Assembly (NCBI GenBank): GCA_949292205.1
Contig: CASEYR010000001.1
Location: 2,721 to 66,720, forward strand
Source: an uncultured Alphaproteobacteria bacterium
GTDB lineage: Bacteria; Pseudomonadota; Alphaproteobacteria; CAAHEQ01; UBA3637
Direction of reading: 5' to 3'
DNA: 64,000 bases
Shown here: positions 55,538 through 63,174 of the stretch, piece by piece
How the letters are laid out: each line of letters begins with the position of its first letter
How positions within the stretch are numbered: position 1 is the stretch's first letter
The notes under the pieces: model-generated
The model's database searches: none
Told to the model about the DNA's origin: nothing
What the model saw: only the letters and a program-made list of their open reading frames with translations
Translations under genes and position numbers: made by a program

Positions 55538-55687
55538 AAAAAATCCCTCTTGCAGAATGTTCTGTATATCATAAAATAAGGGATAAAACAATCCTATTTT
55601 TATATAAAGAAATGCTTGCTTTTTTAAAAATTTCACTGTAAGGTATGCAGGACAGAAATTTTTAGAGTAACCATGAAAGGAAAAAGT

Positions 55688-57949
55688 ATGTTTACAGAAG
55701 ACATTAAACAAGCAAATGCGACCGCATGGGAAGGATTTGTTTCCGGAAAGTGGACGGATTCTATTGATGTGGTTGATTTTATTCAAAAGAACTATACGCC
55801 TTATGAAGGGGATGACTCTTTCTTGGCAGGTCCGACAAAGCGGACAAGCGATATGTGGGCTGTTGTTTTGGATTTGATGAAAAAAGAAACGGCTAACAAC
55901 GGATTGTTGGATGCAGATGTGTCAACGCCATCGGCTATTGATGCTTATGCTCCGGGATACATTGATAAAGAAAAAGAAATTATCGTTGGGTTGCAGACAG
56001 ATGCTCCGTTGAAACGTGCTATTATGCCGTATGGTGGCTGGCGTATGGTTGAAGCTTCCTGTGAAGCCTATAACTTGCCGGTTGATGAACGGGCAAAGGA
56101 AATCTTTACAAAGTACCGTAAAACACATAACGAGGGTGTGTTCCAAGCTTATACACCGGAAATTCGTGCTTGCCGGAAATCTGCTATTATCACAGGGTTG
56201 CCGGATGCTTATGGTCGTGGACGTATTATCGGCGATTATCGTCGTGTCGCTCTGTATGGTATTGATGCATTGATTCAAGAAAAAACAGAGGAAAAGAATT
56301 CGTCTAACCATATGGCAATGACGGCAGATGTTATTCGTGAACGGGAAGAATTATCCGAACAGTTATTGGCTTTAGAGGCGATGAAGCGGATGGCTGAATC
56401 TTATGGCTGTGACATTTCTAAACCGTCCAAGACATTCAAAGAAGCCGTTCAAGCCGTTTACTTTGGTTATTTGGCTGCTGTTAAAGATCAAAACGGTGCA
56501 GCTATGTCTTTGGGACGTGTTTCATCGTTCTTGGATATTTATGCTGAACGAGATATGAAAAATGGTGTCTTGACAGAAGAACAAGCTCAGGAAATCATGG
56601 ATGATTTCATCATTAAGTTGCGTATGATTCGCTTCTTGCGGACACCGGAATACAATGAATTGTTCAGTGGCGATCCGGTATGGGTTACGGAATCTATCGG
56701 TGGTATGGGCTTGGATGGCCGGACATTGGTAACGAAAAACTCGTTCCGTATTTTGCACACGTTGACAAACTTGGGACCGGCTCCGGAACCGAATATGACT
56801 GTTTTGTGGTCAACAAAATTACCGCAAGGATTCAAAGATTTCTGTGCTAAAATCTCTATCACAACATCTTCCATCCAATACGAAAATGATGATTTGATGC
56901 GTCCGATGTTTGAAAGTGATGACTACGGTATCGCTTGCTGTGTGTCCCCGATGATTATCGGTAAAGAAATGCAGTTCTTTGGTGCTCGTGCTAACTTGGC
57001 AAAAGCCTTGTTATACAGCATTAACGGTGGTGTCGATGAACGCTTGGGTATGAAAGTTGTTGACGGCTTTGAACCGATTACGTCCGAGTACTTGGATTAT
57101 GACGAAGTCTGCAAAAAGTTCGATGCTATGATGGAATGGTTGGCAAAAACATATGTTAACGCCTTGAATATCATCCACTTTATGCATGATAAATACTACT
57201 ATGAAAAAGCTCAGTTGGCTTTGATGGACAAAGACGTTGTTCGTAAATTGGGCTGTGGTATTGCCGGTTTCTCGGTCGTTGTAGACTCGTTATCTGCCAT
57301 CAAGTATGCAAAAGTTAAGCCGATTCGGAATGAACAAGGTATCGCCGTTGATTTTGAAATTGAAGGCGACTTCCCGAAATATGGTAACAATGATGAGCGT
57401 GTTGATGAAATTGCAACGAAGTTGGTTGAGCAATTTATGGAAAAAGTCCGTCAAAATCCGACCTATCGTGATGCAATTCACACACAATCCATCTTAACGA
57501 TTACATCTAACGTTGTTTACGGTAAAAAGACCGGAAATACACCGGATGGTCGTAAAGCCAATGTTCCGTTTGCTCCGGGGGCTAACCCGTTGCATGGTCG
57601 TGATGAATGCGGTGCTTTAGCTTCGTTGTGTTCTGTTGCCAAGCTGCCGTTCAAGCATGCAAAAGATGGTATTTCCAACACATTCACAATTTTGCCCGGT
57701 TCTTTGGGTAAAGATATGGATGAACGGATTAAGAACTTAATCGGTTTGTTGGATGGTTATGCAACACGAAACGGACAGCATTTGAACGTCAATGTTTTGA
57801 ATCGTGAGACATTGGAAGATGCTATGGAACATCCGGAAAATTATCCGCAATTAACAATCCGTGTTTCCGGCTATGCCGTTAACTTCATTAAGTTGACACG
57901 GCCGCAACAATTGGATGTTATTTCACGGACATTCCACGAAAAACTCTAA
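55688..57949 (+). CDS. pflB: formate C-acetyltransferase (pyruvate formate-lyase)
   Basis: [17 protein letters not shown]..., the active-site Cys pair in IACCVSP, and the glycyl-radical motif [16 protein letters not shown] lies 6 nt before ATG 55688. Confidence 0.95.
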   Translation: MFTEDIKQANATAWEGFVSGKWTDSIDVVDFIQKNYTPYEGDDSFLAGPTKRTSDMWAVVLDLMKKETANNGLLDADVSTPSAIDAYAPGYIDKEKEIIVGLQTDAPLKRAIMPYGGWRMVEASCEAYNLPVDERAKEIFTKYRKTHNEGVFQAYTPEIRACRKSAIITGLPDAYGRGRIIGDYRRVALYGIDALIQEKTEEKNSSNHMAMTADVIREREELSEQLLALEAMKRMAESYGCDISKPSKTFKEAVQAVYFGYLAAVKDQNGAAMSLGRVSSFLDIYAERDMKNGVLTEEQAQEIMDDFIIKLRMIRFLRTPEYNELFSGDPVWVTESIGGMGLDGRTLVTKNSFRILHTLTNLGPAPEPNMTVLWSTKLPQGFKDFCAKISITTSSIQYENDDLMRPMFESDDYGIACCVSPMIIGKEMQFFGARANLAKALLYSINGGVDERLGMKVVDGFEPITSEYLDYDEVCKKFDAMMEWLAKTYVNALNIIHFMHDKYYYEKAQLALMDKDVVRKLGCGIAGFSVVVDSLSAIKYAKVKPIRNEQGIAVDFEIEGDFPKYGNNDERVDEIATKLVEQFMEKVRQNPTYRDAIHTQSILTITSNVVYGKKTGNTPDGRKANVPFAPGANPLHGRDECGALASLCSVAKLPFKHAKDGISNTFTILPGSLGKDMDERIKNLIGLLDGYATRNGQHLNVNVLNRETLEDAMEHPENYPQLTIRVSGYAVNFIKLTRPQQLDVISRTFHEKL

Positions 57950-57961
57950 TTTTAAGGAGTT

Positions 57962-57992
57962 AAAGGCAGAGGTTTTTCCTCTGCCTTTTTTT
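57962..57992 (+). terminator. hairpin plus T-run between pflB and pflA
   Basis: AAAGGCAGAGG-TTTTT-CCTCTGCCTTT followed by T-run, ending 6 nt before the pflA ATG. Confidence 0.6.
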
Positions 57993-57997
57993 ATCAT

Positions 57998-58741
57998 ATG
58001 GGTACACAAGGATATATTCACTCTATTGAAACGGGTAGCGCTATTGATGGCCCCGGTCTTCGCTCGGTTATTTTTCTGCAAGGGTGTCCCTTTCGGTGTT
58101 TGTTTTGCCATAATCCGGATACATGGACACAGATTGAAAGCCATAAAAAGTCTGTTGATGAGGTCTTGAAAGAGGCTTTGAAATACGAAGACTTTTATCG
58201 GTTATCCGGTGGCGGTGTTACGTTGTCGGGGGGAGAGCCTTTATGGCAACCGATATTTGTATCCGATCTCTTTGGAAAACTACAGGCAAGACACATCCAT
58301 ACGGCTTTAGATACATGCGGTTATGTTGATTTGACTCCGGAAATCAAAGAAGCCGTTAAAAAAACAGACTTATTTTTGCTGGACATAAAACACTTGCATC
58401 CTGATATGCATAAAAAGCTAACGGGAAAGCCAAATGATAAGGTCTTAACTTTTTTGAATTATCTGAAAGATTGCGGAAAGGATATTTGGATTCGAGTTGT
58501 TTTGGTTCCGGGGTATAGTACGGATACAGCGTACGCACAGGAATTGGCAAGTTTCTTAAAAAGTTATCCGACCGTTCGTAAAGTTGAACTTTTACCGTAT
58601 CACGAAATGGGAAAAGTTAAATGGGAAAAACTGGGATATACCTATCCTTTAACGGTAACACCTCCGGATAGAGCCACCGTTCAAGCTATTACGCAAGTAT
58701 TTGCAGATAACGGGTTTACGGTTTTAGTTAGTAAACCATAG
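57998..58741 (+). CDS. pflA: pyruvate formate-lyase activating enzyme (radical SAM)
   Basis: 247 aa with [24 protein letters not shown] (CxxxCxxC) and the [11 protein letters not shown] motif. Confidence 0.9.
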   Translation: [247 protein letters not shown]

Positions 58742-58751
58742 TATTTTAGGC

Positions 58752-58779
58752 TTGCAATCTACTGATTCTATGTTACACT
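58752..58779 (+). promoter_or_regulatory. sigma70-like promoter (TTGCAA-16-TACACT)
   Basis: TTGCAA at 58752-58757, a 16-nt spacer, then TACACT at 58774-58779. Confidence 0.4.
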
Positions 58780-58800
58780 CATTAGATAAAGAGGTGTAAT

Positions 58801-60180
58801 ATGGCTGTTAATCTGTTAAATGAAAAGGATTTGAATACCTATTTAGAGTCTCTCGTATTTTCAAAGCAGGAAGCGGTGGATACTCGGACAGAGTTATCTA
58901 TTCCAGAGCTTTTGAAAAATAAAGATAGACTAGCTTATTCGATGGTTCAGAAATGGCTGCAATTCAGAGTCAGAGATTTTTTTGAACAGTATGAAGGGAG
59001 TACTTTTTTAGAAACGGCTAAGGCAACGGATACTGATTTGCCGGACTGGGCAAAGCGTAACTTGTCAGAGGGTATTCCTGTTTATCGGTTTCATCCCGAG
59101 TATATTCCGACAGCACTACATAGAACACTCAACAAATTGATTCCTTTTTTACATCAGGAAGCAATGAGCTATCTTGAAAAGCGGGACTCTTTTTCTCACG
59201 CTCCGCATAAAAAAATGCCAACTTTCCGACTGGATTATCTGAAAATGAAGAATAAGCCAGAGCTCCAATCCGTGGAGGGAGCTTTATTAGCTATAGAGCG
59301 GCAGGAACGGCAACAATATCTTGAAAAAATAAGAAAAGAACAAGAAGCTTCTTTGTTGTCAGGCATTGAAATAGTGATGACGTTTGACAACGGTATGCAA
59401 CTTGTTTTACTCAAAACAAAGCAATCTATAGAACAGGAAGGCAAGTTAATGGATCATTGTGTTGGTTCAGGAGTTTATTACTACTATAATAAACCGGATG
59501 AAACAACGAAAGTATACTCTTTGCGAGATAAAAAGGGAAATCCTCATGTTACAATTGAGGTTAGAGGTAACGCACTAACTCAATGTCGGGGACGAAGAGA
59601 TTCTTGTCCGACAGAACGATATACCCCTTATATTCAGCATATTGTCAAGAAATTTAATTGGGATATTCAGGGCGATATACCGGCTGTCGGTCTGATAAAA
59701 CAAGAGGGGAAGTATTATAATTTATGGCAGTTGCCGGTAGGTATGGTTATTCGTCAGGATTTAGATTTTTCAAAAGTCCCTTGGTCGAAATTGCCGGATT
59801 TGTCTCAGACAGTTTTAGCCGGAAATTTTTTGTGTAATCGTGCAAAAATTGAAACGTTGCAGGGTATGCCTAAAGAAGTCCATGGTAATGTAGAATGCTG
59901 TTTATGCCCTTGTCTGAAAAGTATGGAGGGTATTTCTCGGTATGTTAGCGGATTTGTTAAAATTCGAGGTTGTGATTCACTTGTTAGCACAAAAGGTTGT
60001 CCGGATTTTATCGGCGGATTTTTTGATTTATCTCATTGTAATAATTTAGAAGATTTGTCTGTTGTTCCATCGCATTTAGGTGATACAATTTTGACAGAGG
60101 GGTGTCTTAAAATAAAAAACAGGTCGCTGTTAGATAGTAAGCCTGTTTTGATGTTTTCCAATACTTTGGAGCGAAATTGA
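58801..60180 (+). CDS. PcfJ-like domain protein with C-terminal Cys-containing LRR-like repeats
   Basis: 459 aa. The central EQEGKLMDHCVGSGVYYY...VYSLRDKKGNPHVTIEV...QCRGRRDSCP matches the PcfJ-like signature as I remember it. The C-terminus has ~22-residue G-x-F-x-C...L...G-x-P units. Confidence 0.55.
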   Translation: MAVNLLNEKDLNTYLESLVFSKQEAVDTRTELSIPELLKNKDRLAYSMVQKWLQFRVRDFFEQYEGSTFLETAKATDTDLPDWAKRNLSEGIPVYRFHPEYIPTALHRTLNKLIPFLHQEAMSYLEKRDSFSHAPHKKMPTFRLDYLKMKNKPELQSVEGALLAIERQERQQYLEKIRKEQEASLLSGIEIVMTFDNGMQLVLLKTKQSIEQEGKLMDHCVGSGVYYYYNKPDETTKVYSLRDKKGNPHVTIEVRGNALTQCRGRRDSCPTERYTPYIQHIVKKFNWDIQGDIPAVGLIKQEGKYYNLWQLPVGMVIRQDLDFSKVPWSKLPDLSQTVLAGNFLCNRAKIETLQGMPKEVHGNVECCLCPCLKSMEGISRYVSGFVKIRGCDSLVSTKGCPDFIGGFFDLSHCNNLEDLSVVPSHLGDTILTEGCLKIKNRSLLDSKPVLMFSNTLERN

Positions 60181-60236
60181 TAAAAAAAGATAATTTTTTT
60201 CTTTAAATAAACTTTGAAATATCATATACTGCCAGC

Positions 60237-60893
60237 ATGGAACACAAAAACAATCAACAGCTTCCGCCAGAGATTATGAGGCGTGCCGTTCAGGGAATCG
60301 GATACATCGGTCATCCCTTGCGGTTGCGTATTTTAGAGTTTTTAGATGTTAATGGAGCCTCTTCTGTTTCTGAAATTACTAAAAATATGAATGAAGAACA
60401 AGCCATTGTTTCTCAAAGCTTGAAAAAGATGAGGGAGATGAATCTTGTCAAAAGTCAAAGAAAGGGTATTTTTGTTTATTATGATATTAATCAAGAGTAT
60501 CCGGCAAGTGTTTTTGTTTGCTTAAGAAAATTGTATGGTTATATGACAGATAGCTTTCATTTCTTGCAAGATGGTTTTAAGGCTTTGTTACCATCGGATT
60601 ATACGATGATGACAGCAAATCGAATTAAGTTGTTCGCTAATTTTGATAAGATGCGTATTTTAGAGTACTTGACACTTTACGGTCCGCAATGTGTTTGTGT
60701 GATCGCGGACTCAATCGGAAGTCCGTGTTTGAAAGTATCACAGTATTTGAAAAGATTGAAAGATGACGGGTTTGTTAACTGTAGAAAAGAGGGGCGCTTT
60801 ATGCGGTATGAAATCACTTCAGGTATCCACAAAACTGTCATAGAGTGTATTCGGAAAAGGTATAATAGTTTAGAAAATAAAGATGATTTTTAA
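60237..60893 (+). CDS. tandem (duplicated) ArsR/SmtB-family winged-helix regulator
   Basis: 218 aa with two ArsR-type units (LRLRILEFLDVNGASSVSEI...LKKMREMNLV and KMRILEYLTLYGPQCVCVIADSIG...LKRLKDDGFV). Only the second has the CVC metal or arsenite motif. Confidence 0.75.
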   Translation: MEHKNNQQLPPEIMRRAVQGIGYIGHPLRLRILEFLDVNGASSVSEITKNMNEEQAIVSQSLKKMREMNLVKSQRKGIFVYYDINQEYPASVFVCLRKLYGYMTDSFHFLQDGFKALLPSDYTMMTANRIKLFANFDKMRILEYLTLYGPQCVCVIADSIGSPCLKVSQYLKRLKDDGFVNCRKEGRFMRYEITSGIHKTVIECIRKRYNSLENKDDF

Positions 60894-60917
60894 TTTTGAT
60901 TTTTTTAATTTTTATAC

Positions 60918-60953
60918 TTGACAATTTTTATATATAGTGATAATGCTATATAT
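60918..60953 (+). promoter_or_regulatory. putative promoter (TTGACA-15-GATAAT) overlapped by a perfect 8-N8-8 palindrome (candidate ArsR operator)
   Basis: TTGACA at 60918-60923 and GATAAT at 60939-60944. ATATATAG (60930-60937) and CTATATAT (60946-60953) form a perfect inverted repeat around the -10. Confidence 0.4.
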
Positions 60954-60987
60954 TGTTGAAATTAAATAAACCTATGAGGAGGAAAAG

Positions 60988-61575
60988 ATGGTAAAAGCAC
61001 AAAATGTAAAAGAGTTTGTTGAAAAAATAGATGCATCAAAGAAATTAAATCCCAAGGATTTATCTTCGGATCAAGACTTGACGATTGCCATTATGAATTT
61101 GATTTCAATTGAAGAGCATTTGATGTTTTCCGGAGCTAAAACAGGAAAGACAAGCTTTTTTGATATGATTCAAAATATTCGTGAAATGCGTAAGAACCTG
61201 ATGCAGAAAGTAATTCCTGCTTATGAAGGGGAGGTCTGGTGTATTTCTAAGCATTTATTGGCAACCAGTATGCGATTGATGGAAGTTGGAACAAAACAAC
61301 AAAGTATGAATAATCCCGAAGAAGCATACAAACTATTTAATCAAGCCTATGATTTATATTGTCTGTTTTGGGGGCTTAATATGAATTTGATTGACACAAA
61401 AGATGTCAAGTGGATTGAGCCTCCTGTTGAAGAAATTAAAAAAGTTTCTGCTAAAATCGAGAAAATGGATTTGTCGGCTCTTGATGAAAAAGAGGTTGTC
61501 TCAACGGATTCTGAAAGTGGTTTTTCAAAAATGAAAGCCTTTATCCGAAAAGCTGTTAACTGTTGTATTGAGTAA
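60988..61575 (+). CDS. hypothetical protein (no recognised domain; C-terminus NCCIE)
   Basis: 195 aa, with GAGGAGG upstream. It is predicted helical and has no TM helix or signal peptide. It is followed after 5 nt by the thioredoxin-fold gene. Confidence 0.6.
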   Translation: MVKAQNVKEFVEKIDASKKLNPKDLSSDQDLTIAIMNLISIEEHLMFSGAKTGKTSFFDMIQNIREMRKNLMQKVIPAYEGEVWCISKHLLATSMRLMEVGTKQQSMNNPEEAYKLFNQAYDLYCLFWGLNMNLIDTKDVKWIEPPVEEIKKVSAKIEKMDLSALDEKEVVSTDSESGFSKMKAFIRKAVNCCIE

Positions 61576-61580
61576 TTGCC

Positions 61581-62048
61581 ATGAAAAATTTTATTTTTAT
61601 TCTGATTTTTGTTATTGCGGCTGTTTTTGTCTATATGGCTCGTCCCGATAATTCACTCCCTGTAGATAGGTTGATTGTTTTTTCACAAGAGCAATGTCCG
61701 CATTGTCATGATGCTTTGGCTTTTATTGACAAGCAAATCCGCCCTAAATATCAAAATTTAAAGATTGATGTTTTAGATATTGCCGATAGAAGTAATATGA
61801 ATAAGCTTTTATCTTTGATATCCAAACGTCAGATGGATAAAAATACGATTGGAACACCGGTTATCGTTTTGGGTGATACGACCTTGGTTGGATGGACGGC
61901 AGCGAATGAAGTCAAGCTACTGAATGCGGTACGGCAGTTTGTGGGAGAGGTTTCTCCGACGATGCCTGATACGCTACAAGCTTCATCTCAAACAGGAAAT
62001 GACACAGGCTTGTGTCAACCGGGAGATACAGAACACTGTATAGAATAA
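61581..62048 (+). CDS. membrane-anchored thioredoxin/glutaredoxin-fold oxidoreductase with CPHC active site
   Basis: 155 aa with an N-terminal TM helix (FIFILIFVIAAVFVY), the CPHC motif (the DsbA-type dipeptide), and a cis-Pro-like GTPVIVLG. Confidence 0.7.
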   Translation: MKNFIFILIFVIAAVFVYMARPDNSLPVDRLIVFSQEQCPHCHDALAFIDKQIRPKYQNLKIDVLDIADRSNMNKLLSLISKRQMDKNTIGTPVIVLGDTTLVGWTAANEVKLLNAVRQFVGEVSPTMPDTLQASSQTGNDTGLCQPGDTEHCIE

Positions 62049-62070
62049 TGTTGGATAGCTGTTTTTATCA

Positions 62071-62098
62071 AAAGACCACTTGTAATAAGTGGTCTTTT
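62071..62098 (+). terminator. intrinsic terminator
   Basis: AGACCACTT-GTAAT-AAGTGGTCT followed by TTTTG. Confidence 0.7.
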
Positions 62099-62556
62099 GA
62101 ATAGAACTGACTATTTTTTAGCTATTTTATTTTTAGATAATTTTACAGATACCATCATATCGTGATTATATTTGCGGATACATTGTATATCTATCAGATT
62201 ATTTGTATGTTCTAGAGGATAGTTTAGAACAGTGTGTTTGCAGTAATCGTGATATGTGTGAGGTATATCAAGAAATAAAGAAGAAAGCGTAAGGTAATTC
62301 CATGGTTATTTGATTGAATAACAAATTGAATTTTTATGATGTATTGCTCCGTTATAGAGAGCGATAAAGTTTATTTGTTATTTTTTTAGTATACAACAGT
62401 TTTTTGTATCTCAGATAATCATCAGTACAGACGTAATCTCATGCAAAAATAGATAAAATGGGATACTATGCTACACCCCTTTTTTTCTCTCGACAGTTGA
62501 TCAATGATAGAAAGCGAAAGGATATCCTGTCACTTTCTATCATCTAAGAATGCGTT

Positions 62557-62582
62557 AAGAGGCTCTGTTCGAGCCTCTTTTT
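62557..62582 (+). terminator. plus-oriented intrinsic-terminator-like hairpin with no annotated plus-strand gene upstream
   Basis: AAGAGGCTC-TGTTC-GAGCCTCTT followed by TTTTTA on the plus strand. There is no U-run in the minus orientation. Confidence 0.45.
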
Positions 62583-63108
62583 ATTTGCACAGAGCTCTGT
62601 AATCACATGACCATCCGCAAGAGTAGTTAAGTACTCTGGTCGAGTAAATATAACTGTTTATATCACTACCGGGGGCAATATGGTTTCCGTTTGAGCACGT
62701 TCCTGGATTTTTATTACCCCAATCAAAAACACAATAGTATTGACAATCGTGGTAAGAATGGCAAATACAGGCTCCGTTTTCGTAAACCCCATCGCACTCT
62801 GATCCGTCATCACAGGCCTGAGCATTCGAGCACTTACCGTTAATACAGGATTGTCCTTGTTCACAACAAGTAGAGCTGCAGCTATATTGCGGTGCACAAA
62901 CGCACAAATTATTTTGACACGTTTCATTGACGGCACATCCTGATTGACCAACACAGTTTTTTAGTCCATCCAAGCACCCTTCGCAAGAACTTAAATCCTT
63001 CAGAAAGAAAAAGGAAAGTAGATTTGATATGCCAGAGCAGGCACTTTCATCAGCAGAAGTCAAGACTTTATCATTAGCTTTAATTTGAATAGGCTTTTTA
63101 AAATCCAT
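62581..63108 (-). CDS. cysteine-rich hypothetical protein (23 Cys in 175 aa)
   Basis: Long ORF in an AT-rich region with a dense C-x(n)-C pattern. It has no signal peptide and no SD before the ATG. It is in frame with the upstream Nudix gene. Confidence 0.55.
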   Translation of the reverse strand: MDFKKPIQIKANDKVLTSADESACSGISNLLSFFFLKDLSSCEGCLDGLKNCVGQSGCAVNETCQNNLCVCAPQYSCSSTCCEQGQSCINGKCSNAQACDDGSECDGVYENGACICHSYHDCQYYCVFDWGNKNPGTCSNGNHIAPGSDINSYIYSTRVLNYSCGWSCDYRALCK

Positions 63109-63174
63109 TTTTGCAATTTGCTTGCAAACCTCTCGAGTTGCCTCAGAAACATCAATTCGGAAAAATACGTTAAT

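Noticed and set aside
55538-55687. An FNR/CRP-type box or a strong promoter upstream of pflB.
   Set aside because: There is no TTGAT-N4-ATCAA or close variant. The only candidate is a weak TTGCTT-17-TAAGGT, not good enough to annotate.
54455-55786. Long N-terminal extensions offered by the ORF track: the RsmB-like ORF up to 55786 (overlapping pflB), plus similar extensions of fabG, acpP, glgA, ppdK, malQ, the thioesterase, pip, ugd, gpsA, merR and the Rsm22-like ORF.
   Set aside because: In each case an internal ATG preceded by a good SD gives the canonical family N-terminus. The extensions lack an SD, overlap neighbours or promoters, and show no homology pattern.
61561-62048. The C-terminal CCIE of the 195-aa protein as a eukaryotic CaaX prenylation box, and the shared CIE ending as a sorting signal.
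   Set aside because: Glu as the X residue and Cys as a1 are poor fits for farnesyl or geranylgeranyl transferases. The second protein (EHCIE) has His at the Cys position of a CaaX box. A three-residue match can easily be chance. It is kept only as a remark in the operon finding.
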